From Candidatus Altimarinota bacterium (GTDB lineage: Bacteria; Patescibacteriota; Gracilibacteria; JBDHUY01), in contig JBDHUY010000011.1 in the NCBI GenBank assembly GCA_039809385.1, positions 2,132 to 66,131 on the forward strand: a stretch of 64,000 bases of DNA. Direction: 5' to 3'. The stretch's first letter is position 1. Each line of letters opens with the position of its first letter. Positions 19,156-27,192 of this stretch are shown here, one piece after another. Made by a program: the position numbers and the translations under genes. A model generated the notes under the pieces. The model worked only from the letters and a program-made list of their open reading frames with translations, was not told the origin of the DNA and did not search any database.

Positions 19156-19587
19156 CTACTTCCAGAGCGAAAACTTTTTAGTGAGCGGTTTTAGTCTTTC
19201 GGTTTCTCCAAAAAGGCATACGCCAAAGTATTCCAGACCGGCTTCTTTCGTCTCTCTGGTTTTCTGCAGCTGCGCTTCGGAGGTTCCGACCGTCATGGTA
19301 TCCGTAAAATCGTTGTACCAGATTTCATGTTTGATCGCTTCTTCACGTACTTTCCGTATCTGCGATCCGTTATCCGCTTTCAGGACGATAAACGGGAAAT
19401 GCGAAATATAGGGATGTATCCCATTGTCGGCGTCGCGGTATTCTAGAAAGTACATTTCGTTATCCTTGTTTTTCTCTCCGGCCAGCCCCGCGGCCATATG
19501 GCCCAGCGCGTTCATGAGTTTGCCGACGGGTATTTTTTTGTTGAGAATGGCGACAAAGTGCTTGGTAGATTCGTCGGGAAGAACCAT
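19156..19587 (-). CDS. DUF2000-like small protein
   Basis: 'FVAILNKKIPVGKLMNALGHMAAGL' resembles my recollection of DUF2000. Not verifiable here. Confidence 0.45.
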   Translation of the reverse strand: MVLPDESTKHFVAILNKKIPVGKLMNALGHMAAGLAGEKNKDNEMYFLEYRDADNGIHPYISHFPFIVLKADNGSQIRKVREEAIKHEIWYNDFTDTMTVGTSEAQLQKTRETKEAGLEYFGVCLFGETERLKPLTKKFSLWK

Positions 19588-19619
19588 AATTCTGTAATTA
19601 TAAGAAAATAAAGTCGATG

Positions 19620-21080
19620 TTATCCCTGCCTGCTTCTCGCCTTGAGAAAGTCATAGAACGGCCCGCTTTTATCGGCGATATTGGCGGTGCAGACCATCCA
19701 TTGTTCGGTAGAAGCTGCTAACAGGTCAAGTTCTCGCGCCCGCTCCGGCAGAACCTGATATAAGGGAATCTCGGTCCCGGTAAGATAGTCGATTCCAGGT
19801 TTTACTTTAGGAATACGTTTGACAAAAACAACATACTGCGGCTTTCTTTGCTCATCCGCCATGACCAGAGCCTCCGACCTTCCGGGATACAACCGCAGAG
19901 AATAAAAATCTTCCGATGTACCAAAGCCTTCGGGGTCTTGCGGAAGTTCACCTTCTTTAAACAGACGACTCATCTCATCTGATATTTTTTCGGGGGTATT
20001 CCCAAAAAGCAGCGTATCTTTGGTAATAGCACCGCAATCAAGCAGAAAAGCCAAAACCTGACCTATATACATTTCCCGCTTCCAGAGCGCAGGATTAAGA
20101 TAAATAATACGATGCATCAGGATCCTCAACTTGAGAAACCGCACCAGACGCTCCGGGTTGTCAAACACCGGCCTCCACTTCCCCTGAATCGATTTAACGC
20201 TTATTTCCAAAATCAGATCGAATAAAACCGGATCCCGGGCCAGGATTTCCTGACAGTCTCGTATATCGGCAAAAACTTCCTTGAGTTTTTCCCCGGCAGC
20301 AGGCAAAACAAGCTTATACGCACCTATAAGCTCTGCCACATCCCGGGCGGTATAGGCCATCCGATCCGCAATATCCAATAATTCTCCGAGAAGACCCCGG
20401 TTGCATATCCATTCCTTCAGGAAATCTACCCCTATGCCAAACTTATGCGGAAGTTCTTGCTGAAAATCGGGATTTCTCGATAGGTAAAGCTCAAAGTTCA
20501 CTTCTTCCGACAGACCGGGAATCTCTTTTTTAGCAATATCTCCGAAAAGCGGCGTGGCAATATCGTGTAATAAACCGCAGAGAGTGGCAACCCGAACGGC
20601 TTCATTCCTAAAATTATTCGCGCGCAGGATTACTTCCATATTGAGCCCCGTATCGATGCTGTGCAAATGACGGGTATGGTGATGCATCACATACATCCCG
20701 TTGGCCTCCCCTCCTACCATCTGCAGGGAGCTGCCATACTGCTGGATACGGGAAAGTCGGGCCTGCCAACTGGGGATCTCGCTTCTGACAAATTCATACG
20801 GACTGAGTTGATCGGTTTTTTGTTCCAGAATCTGGACAGGAGAATACGTAGAAAACGGACGATCGAGAATATACAGAGGATTGAACCCGTCAAATTCGTT
20901 GAGATAGGCCATCAAAGCAGGTTCCAGCGAAATATCACCAGGAGTTTCCAAAAACGGAAGAACCGGGGCAACTCGGTAATATGGGCTATCCGGAAACTTT
21001 CTATGGGTGTTTCTTTCGGAATGTTCCGTTTGCTCCGGGCCTGTTTCCGGTTGAGAAATCCCACCAATAGGGCGATTCAT
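19620..21080 (-). CDS. HD-domain phosphohydrolase-like protein
   Basis: 'HHTRHLHSIDTG...VATLCGLLHDIATPLFGD' (H...HD signature). Confidence 0.6.
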   Translation of the reverse strand: MNRPIGGISQPETGPEQTEHSERNTHRKFPDSPYYRVAPVLPFLETPGDISLEPALMAYLNEFDGFNPLYILDRPFSTYSPVQILEQKTDQLSPYEFVRSEIPSWQARLSRIQQYGSSLQMVGGEANGMYVMHHHTRHLHSIDTGLNMEVILRANNFRNEAVRVATLCGLLHDIATPLFGDIAKKEIPGLSEEVNFELYLSRNPDFQQELPHKFGIGVDFLKEWICNRGLLGELLDIADRMAYTARDVAELIGAYKLVLPAAGEKLKEVFADIRDCQEILARDPVLFDLILEISVKSIQGKWRPVFDNPERLVRFLKLRILMHRIIYLNPALWKREMYIGQVLAFLLDCGAITKDTLLFGNTPEKISDEMSRLFKEGELPQDPEGFGTSEDFYSLRLYPGRSEALVMADEQRKPQYVVFVKRIPKVKPGIDYLTGTEIPLYQVLPERARELDLLAASTEQWMVCTANIADKSGPFYDFLKARSRQG

Positions 21081-21343
21081 ATAATACTATAGATCAAAAA
21101 CTGATAGCCTACTGTAGCCTATCAGAAAAGGATGTCAAACGAAATAAGCCTAAACTATGTAGACAAACAATCTATCAAGTCCACAAGGATGGTGCCGAGA
21201 GCCGGGATTGGGTTGGGACAGAAAGATCTTCAGTTGGGTCAAAAATGGTCCTGATTGAATCTTCCCAGAATTTGGTAAATTTCCAATGGCTATTTCCTCG
21301 GTACATAGTAAGATTTGTATAGTCTTTTACAATCATCTTTCGT

Positions 21344-22219
21344 ATGAACAAAGAAAATTCGATCATTATTTTCAATCAAAAAAACGTGCGGAGACATTGG
21401 GATGCAGATAAGGAACTTTGGTATTTTTCGGTTATCGATGTGATTGAGGTATTAACCGATTCAGCGGCACCAAGGCGGTATTGGAGTGATCTAAAAATCA
21501 AGTTGAAAAATGAAGGAAGTGAAGTGTACGAAAAAATCGTACAGTTGAAATTGACCGCTTCTGATGGGAAAAAACGAGAGACGGACTGTTTCTCGACCGA
21601 AGATCTATTTCGACTCGTTCAATCCATTCCTTCTCCAAAAGCAGAGCCCTTCAAGGTTTGGTTAGCAAAAGCGGGATATGAGCGTGTTGAAGAAACTGAA
21701 AATCCCGAACTATCCATTGATCGAGCTATGAAGACCTATTTGCAAAAAGGATATTCAAAGGAATGGATCAATCAACGGCTGAAAAGCATCGAGGTTCGCA
21801 AAGATTTGACGGATGAATGGCAGGAAAGAGGTGTACAGGAAGGACAGGAATACGCTATTTTGACCGACGAAATTACACGTGCCTGGGCTGGTTTTAGTGT
21901 CAAGGAATATAAAGAGTTTAAGAGCCTCGAAAAACAGAATTTGCGGGATAATATGACCAATCTCGAGCTGGTTTTGAATATGCTTGCCGAAGCCACAACT
22001 ACGGAAATTTCCAAGAAAAAACAACCCACAGGTTTTCATGAGAGTCGTATTGTAGCAAGAGAGGGCGGCGAAATAGCAGGTACTGCACGAAAGGGAATTG
22101 AACAGAAAACCGAGGAGAAAGTTGTCTCAAGGAAGAATGCTAAAGATCTGCTCATAAGAATTAAAGCACAAAAACAGTTGTCCAAAAAATTGAAGGACGG
22201 TAAAGAGAAAGAAGATTGA
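21344..22219 (+). CDS. Bro-N/antirepressor-like (DinD/RhuM-type) DNA-binding protein
   Basis: 'IFNQKNVRRHWDADKELWYFSVIDVIEVLTDS..PRRYWSDLK' is a Bro-N-like N-terminus. The C-terminus is charged and helical. Confidence 0.6.
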   Translation: MNKENSIIIFNQKNVRRHWDADKELWYFSVIDVIEVLTDSAAPRRYWSDLKIKLKNEGSEVYEKIVQLKLTASDGKKRETDCFSTEDLFRLVQSIPSPKAEPFKVWLAKAGYERVEETENPELSIDRAMKTYLQKGYSKEWINQRLKSIEVRKDLTDEWQERGVQEGQEYAILTDEITRAWAGFSVKEYKEFKSLEKQNLRDNMTNLELVLNMLAEATTTEISKKKQPTGFHESRIVAREGGEIAGTARKGIEQKTEEKVVSRKNAKDLLIRIKAQKQLSKKLKDGKEKED

Positions 22220-22240
22220 GAGTGAGCTCAAGTGAAAGTA

Positions 22241-22287
22241 GCGCCGAGGGCCCCGCTTGGGCGCGACGACACAAGGATTTTCAGTGC
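22241..22287 (-). repeat. Degenerate copy of the tRNA-Phe 3' half (anticodon arm + acceptor 3' strand, T arm replaced)
   Basis: The reverse complement has ACTGAAAATCCTTGTGTCG (19/19 identical to the tRNA) and CCCTCGGC (8/8). The T arm is replaced by TCGCGCCCAAGCGGGG. Confidence 0.8.
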
Positions 22288-22294
22288 ATTAAAC

Positions 22295-22369
<75 letters not shown>

Positions 22370-22393
22370 AATAGTTTTTTGATCCTTACGAGT

Positions 22394-22444
22394 AACGACA
22401 CAAGGATTTTCAGTCCTCTGTCCGCTGCGACGGACTACCTCGGG
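22394..22444 (-). repeat. Degenerate copy of the tRNA-Phe 5' half (acceptor 5' strand + anticodon arm, D arm replaced)
   Basis: The reverse complement reads CCGAGGTAG + GTCCGtcgcagCGGAC (a new 5-bp hairpin in place of the D arm) + AGAGGACTGAAAATCCTTGTGTCG (24/24 identical). Confidence 0.8.
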
Positions 22445-22521
22445 AGGAACAGTTTACGTTGGAGATTCAAGTTCGGTCAGATCTTTCTCTGCCGAACACT
22501 TTTTCCAGCAAGAAACACTCT

Positions 22522-22541
22522 TCCCCCCTAAACAGGGGGGA
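22522..22541 (-). terminator. Hairpin downstream of pnp (terminator-like)
   Basis: TCCCCCCtaaacaGGGGGGA. On the minus strand it is followed by a moderately T-rich tract. Confidence 0.5.
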
Positions 22542-22584
22542 GAATGTAAAACGCTTTCAAATTATAAGGAATCCAAGAGCCAAA

Positions 22585-24702
22585 TCAAGCTCTCGTTTCA
22601 AATTCCTTGTGCGACAGCGCAATTTTTCCCTGCTCATCGATACCGATGACTTTGACCTTCATCATATCGCCGATATTCACCTTACCTTCAATCCGTTCGA
22701 CCCGGTACGGGAACAAGTTGGAAATATGCACTAGCCCGTCTTTGCCGCCGTTGATATTCACAAAGACGCCAAACGCGGCGATACGCACTACTTTGCCCGT
22801 CAGCTCGTCCCCTATTTTGGGAATATAGACGATACCTTCGATCCACTTGCGGGCCTTGTCTCCACTTTCCTGATCCGGCGCGGTAATCGATACGAAGCCG
22901 TCGTCCTCGATATCTATTTTGACACCCGTCTCTTTGATAATTTCGTTAATGATTTTACCGCCGGTTCCGATGACGTCGCGGATCTGATCAGGATTGATCT
23001 GCATGGTAATAATCTTGGGCGCATACGGAGACAGAGACGATCGCGGAGTCGGCAAAGCTTTTAACATCTCGTCCAGAATAAACATGCGTCCTTCATGCGC
23101 CTGCATCAAAGCCTCACGCATCATATTCATGGTAAGCCCTTTGACCTTGATATCCATCTGGAGCGCGGTAACACCGTCTTTGGTTCCGGCAACTTTAAAG
23201 TCCATATCTCCGGTAAAATCCTCCATTCCCTGAATATCCGAAAGGATTTTATATTTACCCGTTTCGTCGTCGCTCACCATGCCCATCGCGATACCCGATA
23301 CGGGCGATTTTAGCGGCACGCCCGCATCCATCAGAGATAGCGTTGAGCCGCAAGTCGAAGCCATAGACGTGGAACCGTTACTAGCCACTACTTCGGAGAC
23401 GACACGAATCGTATAGGGAAAATCTTTTTCATCAGGCAATACGGCAAGAATTGCACGTTCGGCCAGGTAGCCGTGCCCGATCTCGCGGCGTCCGGTTCCG
23501 CGCAAGGGTTTGGCTTCGCCGGTCGAATAGGGCGGCATATTGTAATGATGCATATAGCGGCGCTCATACTCGGCGCTTTCCATTTCATCAACGGTCTGGG
23601 CATCCCCGGGAGCTCCCAGAGTGACGACGCTCAAGGCTTGCGTATCGCCGCGCTTAAAGATAGCCGATCCGTGGGGTCGAGGCAAAACACCGACCATACA
23701 ACTTATGGGCCGTATTTCGTTGAGTTTGCGACCGTCAAGACGTTCTTCTTTTTCCAGAATATTCTTGCGAACATATTTTTTCTGTACTTTAAACAGAGCC
23801 GCATTCACCATTGTCATAGTCCAGTGAGGTTCGTTTTCGTCTTCGATCTTGGAGGCGAAATGTGTTTTAACTTTCTCGTCAATGGCAGCCTGAGCTTCGT
23901 TCAGCTCGCGTTTGGTTTTAACATACAAAGTCTTCCCCAAATCTTCTGTTTGCATAAAATCATGGATCGCCTGAATAACCGATTCATCCGGCAGATTAAA
24001 GGAAGGAATCAACGGCTTGATGTCGAATTTGGCGATAAACTCTTTTTGTAGAGCACATACCTGTTTGATAAATTCGTGAGCCATTTCCATTCCCTTAATC
24101 AGGGTTTCTTCGGAAACGACCGAAGCGCCGGCTTCCACCATCAAAATCGCGTCGGACGTTCCTGCTACGACCAAATCAAGCTGTCCGGTTTTTTCCTGCT
24201 CGTTGGTAGGATTAAGCATCAGCTCGCCGTTGATCATCCCGATACGAGCGGCTGCGACCGGAGCTTCGAACGGAATACCAGCTTTTAAAATCGCCGCGGA
24301 GGCGGCAATGATGGAAAGTGCGCCCAGATCCGTTTGCGCATCGACGGATAAGGGCGTAACAATAATTTGTACTTCATTGATCATGCCGCTCGGGAAGAGC
24401 GGTCGCAAAGGCCGGTCTGTCAGACGGCTGTTTAACACGGCGTTATCCGAAGGTCTTCCTTCACGCTTCATGAAGCGACCACCGGGAATTTTGCCGGTAG
24501 CATAAAAGCGTTCCTGGTATTCGACCGTCAGCGGAAAGAAATCGATATCCGGTTTGGTAGTTCTACTCATGACCGCAGTAGCCAGGAGCAAGTTATCGCC
24601 CCAGCGTACTGTTACTGCGCCGTCGGCCAGGTTGGCGAGCATACCGGACTCGAGGATAAACGGCTTTCCCAAAAGTTCGGTTTCGATTTTGGTACTGTGC
24701 AT
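22585..24702 (-). CDS. pnp: Polyribonucleotide nucleotidyltransferase (PNPase)
   Basis: Two RNase PH domains, a KH domain ('IRDVIGTGGKIINEI') and an S1 domain ('GKVVRIAAFGVFVNI'). Confidence 0.97.
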   Translation of the reverse strand: MHSTKIETELLGKPFILESGMLANLADGAVTVRWGDNLLLATAVMSRTTKPDIDFFPLTVEYQERFYATGKIPGGRFMKREGRPSDNAVLNSRLTDRPLRPLFPSGMINEVQIIVTPLSVDAQTDLGALSIIAASAAILKAGIPFEAPVAAARIGMINGELMLNPTNEQEKTGQLDLVVAGTSDAILMVEAGASVVSEETLIKGMEMAHEFIKQVCALQKEFIAKFDIKPLIPSFNLPDESVIQAIHDFMQTEDLGKTLYVKTKRELNEAQAAIDEKVKTHFASKIEDENEPHWTMTMVNAALFKVQKKYVRKNILEKEERLDGRKLNEIRPISCMVGVLPRPHGSAIFKRGDTQALSVVTLGAPGDAQTVDEMESAEYERRYMHHYNMPPYSTGEAKPLRGTGRREIGHGYLAERAILAVLPDEKDFPYTIRVVSEVVASNGSTSMASTCGSTLSLMDAGVPLKSPVSGIAMGMVSDDETGKYKILSDIQGMEDFTGDMDFKVAGTKDGVTALQMDIKVKGLTMNMMREALMQAHEGRMFILDEMLKALPTPRSSLSPYAPKIITMQINPDQIRDVIGTGGKIINEIIKETGVKIDIEDDGFVSITAPDQESGDKARKWIEGIVYIPKIGDELTGKVVRIAAFGVFVNINGGKDGLVHISNLFPYRVERIEGKVNIGDMMKVKVIGIDEQGKIALSHKEFETRA

Positions 24703-24771
24703 AGAAAATAAGAATAAAAAGAGATAAAGTCTCCATCTTTATTCTTCATAAGAGGAACGGGAGGGTCAGGC

Positions 24772-24834
24772 TCTTACAGATAAGCGGTTAGCGGCTAGTG
24801 GTCAGCGATTAGCAAACCAAATGCCTATCTGTAA
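24772..24834 (+). repeat. AGCGGTN heptad block bracketed by TTACAGATA/TATCTGTAA inverted repeat, in the rpsO-pnp spacer
   Basis: agcggtt|agcggct|agtggtc|agcgatt|agcaaac. Confidence 0.75.
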
Positions 24835-24846
24835 AAACCTGAGATT

Positions 24847-24870
24847 CGTGACCCGGGGAATCGGGTCACG
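24847..24870 (-). promoter_or_regulatory. 9-bp stem hairpin in rpsO-pnp intergenic leader
   Basis: CGTGACCCGgggaatCGGGTCACG. Its position is analogous to the rpsO terminator / pnp leader processing hairpins of other bacteria. Confidence 0.45.
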
Positions 24871-24937
24871 CCGTTTCTGTGAAAAATAAAGAAAGAAAAA
24901 TATTAAAAATCTAAATACAAAATCTATTGTATCTAGT

Positions 24938-24992
24938 GGATTTTTGAGATTTGAGATTCATTTGGCATTGGGATTTTGAGATTTGAGATTCC
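24938..24992 (+). repeat. Direct repeat of GATTTTGAGATTTGAGATTC (2 copies, 33-nt spacing)
   Basis: ggatttttgagatttgagattc atttggcattgg gattttgagatttgagattcc. Confidence 0.85.
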
Positions 24993-25007
24993 TGGCAACG
25001 GCAGGCT

Positions 25008-25271
25008 TTATTTCCGGAGATCTAATTCGGCTATGATTTTATTATAGTTCTCGGCGTCGTTGTTTTTCAAGTAGTGCAGAAGTTTGCGGCGTTTACCGAC
25101 CATTTTGAAAAGTCCCTGACGGCTATGGTTGTCTTTTTTATGCAGCTTGAGATGTTCGGTCAGTTCGTTGATACGGGTGGAGAGGATGGCTATCTGAACC
25201 TGGGGGGATCCGGTGTCGGTATCGTGAGTTTGGTGCTTTTTGATGAGCTGCTTTTTATCGTCGTGTTTCAT
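25008..25271 (-). CDS. rpsO: 30S ribosomal protein S15
   Basis: '[49 protein letters not shown]'. Confidence 0.97.
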   Translation of the reverse strand: MKHDDKKQLIKKHQTHDTDTGSPQVQIAILSTRINELTEHLKLHKKDNHSRQGLFKMVGKRRKLLHYLKNNDAENYNKIIAELDLRK

Positions 25272-25277
25272 AGTAAG

Positions 25278-25299
25278 GTTGGTATAAATAAAGTATGAA
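25278..25299 (+). repeat. GTAT-heptad element, short copy immediately upstream of rpsO start
   Basis: ggttggtataaataaagtatgaa. Confidence 0.5.
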
Positions 25300-25897
25300 T
25301 TTTTTTACTTCTGTACTCTAACACAAACCCGGCGTAGAGAGCAATAAAATCTTTTATGCTCCGCTGGTCTATCCTGCATGGGAGTATCGAGAACGGATAT
25401 CGGATATTATGGGCAATTAACTCGACTTACGAAAGGCATTTCTGTTTAAGAGAAACATACATTTTCGTCATCCCCTGGCGCGGGTTCAGGTTTTTGAAAA
25501 ATCTGAACCACCCATTTTCTTAATCCTACCGGACGTATTTTTCAGAAAAAAACAAAAAAGACGTGTCGTGGAAATTGAGAAAACACAAGAAGCATGTTTT
25601 GAAAACATGCTCCCACGGGGAGGCTGCTCCCGGGGGCAGTTCTTAATGTCCCATTTGATAAATGATAAAAATGTTTTGACAAATAACTTTGTCAGTATTA
25701 AAGTACTTTCTTCTTGAGGAATAAAGCAAGAAAAGTGACTGATCTTTGAAAAAATGGCAATCTTGACAGGTACCCTTCTGTATTTTACAGAAACTTGATA
25801 GGCAGAGTCTGCCACTAAAAAAGCAGTGCTCCCGCTTTTAGTTTTTGGATCAAATACAGATCCTGCCTATCAAGAAAATATTGAAAGGAAAAGACCA

Positions 25898-26362
25898 ATG
25901 AAAAAAATAGCAGTTTTAGCAACAATACTATTATCAATTCTATTGACCACACAAAGCACATTAGCTCAAAATAAGAATAGGAATTCGGCTCCTACAGCTA
26001 TTAGCAAAGAGGAGTTGAGAGGATTTATTGTAGAATTTTTAGAAAAAACGGATAGCAAACGGGTTAAAAAAATAACCAAAGATACAGACGGAATTAGATT
26101 TGAGATTGAGGCAGGTAAAGACACTCTGGTCATTATCTATAGCAATAACTACTTCAAGTTAACCTATTCTGGAAAGGTTGATTATATCTCCATAGAGGAT
26201 AAGGGAGTTGACGGGATAATTGATGATTCTACACATTTGGTATCTAGTATCCCCCTATTCCATGGAGCAATAAAAGAAGATGGCGATAGTGTTGAAGAGC
26301 TTTATATTTCAGCTTTTTACAGAAATATCATCAGAAGTCTTCCAGTAATACTTTCACAGTAA
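25898..26362 (+). CDS. Secreted hypothetical protein
   Basis: Start re-set to MKKIAVLATILLSILLTTQSTLAQ (signal peptide). This is one of the few genes with a purine-rich tract (gaaaggaaaag) before the ATG. Confidence 0.6.
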   Translation: MKKIAVLATILLSILLTTQSTLAQNKNRNSAPTAISKEELRGFIVEFLEKTDSKRVKKITKDTDGIRFEIEAGKDTLVIIYSNNYFKLTYSGKVDYISIEDKGVDGIIDDSTHLVSSIPLFHGAIKEDGDSVEELYISAFYRNIIRSLPVILSQ

Positions 26363-26385
26363 GTATTTAAATAGGCAGGAAACAC

Positions 26386-26457
26386 GGACGGCAGTAGTAA
26401 GATTTTTTTATTACTGTCGTCCACAACCCTTATCGTGGTAGTGATAAGGTTTTTTTG
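26386..26457 (+). terminator. Tandem hairpins; the second is a canonical Rho-independent terminator
   Basis: First a 15-bp stem, GGACGGCAGTAGTAA/TTATTACTGTCGTCC (2 G:U pairs). Then CCTTATCgtggtagtGATAAGG + TTTTTTT. Confidence 0.8.
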
Positions 26458-26533
26458 GTTTTGCTGAAAAACGCTTTGTTTGACATACGCATGACAAAAG
26501 CATAGCATACAGATACTTTTAATTTTTCTCCTT

Positions 26534-26863
26534 ATGACCACCCAATACATCTCCTCCCGCCAGCTCCTCAGAGAATACAAAAGCATCAAACGACAACAGA
26601 AAATCACCATTGTTATGGAGAGATCCCAGCCAAAAACTATCCTCGTCCCCTTCTCCGAGGAAGCGCTTCAAATCCTGGAGAAACAAATGCAAAAATCAGA
26701 GAAGAATCCCTACCGGAAAGACATAGAGATCCTTGAAAAACATATTAAAATTCACAAAAACTACGATCCCATTCTAGACACAGTACTGGAAAGACTGAAG
26801 AAACCCGGAAAACCTATTCCCTTTGATGAAGTACTGAAATCCATAGAAGCCCTTCCTGAATAA
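26534..26863 (+). CDS. Type II antitoxin (Phd/YefM-like)
   Basis: Small acidic protein 2 nt upstream of a RelE/ParE toxin gene. 'ITIVMERSQPKTILVPFSE' looks like an antitoxin N-terminus. Confidence 0.6.
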   Translation: MTTQYISSRQLLREYKSIKRQQKITIVMERSQPKTILVPFSEEALQILEKQMQKSEKNPYRKDIEILEKHIKIHKNYDPILDTVLERLKKPGKPIPFDEVLKSIEALPE

Positions 26864-26865
26864 AA

Positions 26866-27153
26866 ATGTACAGCATACTCTTTGATCCCTTAGCAGATCA
26901 GGATTTAAAAAAATTGGAAAAGCATCAGGCTTTACGTATTTTGCATACTATCGATAAAAAGCTAAAAGTCGCTCCCCACGAATATGAAAAACCTCTCATA
27001 GGAGTTTTGAAAGGATGGAGGTCTTTAAAAATAAATTCTTATCGAGTCGTCTATCAAGTACAAGAAAACATAATTCAGGTTTTAATATTAGCTATTGGTC
27101 AGAGAAAAGATGACATTATCTATGCAGAAGCAACCAGACGGATAAAAAAATAA
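26866..27153 (+). CDS. Type II toxin, RelE/ParE family
   Basis: 'DQDLKKLEKH...LKGWRSLKINSYRVVYQVQENIIQVLILAIGQRKDDIY'. Confidence 0.8.
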   Translation: MYSILFDPLADQDLKKLEKHQALRILHTIDKKLKVAPHEYEKPLIGVLKGWRSLKINSYRVVYQVQENIIQVLILAIGQRKDDIIYAEATRRIKK

Positions 27154-27192
27154 TACCTATTCTCGCTTTATCATTTTCCTCTTATCTTTGCC

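Noticed and set aside
25300-25897. Searched this and the other long spacers (18071..18305, 18917..19155, 21081..21343, 28501..28737, 55641..55864) by eye. I looked for RNase P (GAGGAAAGTCC), tmRNA (GGGG...TCCACCA), SRP RNA and common riboswitch cores.
   Set aside because: None of the conserved cores was seen. An Infernal/Rfam scan would be the proper test.
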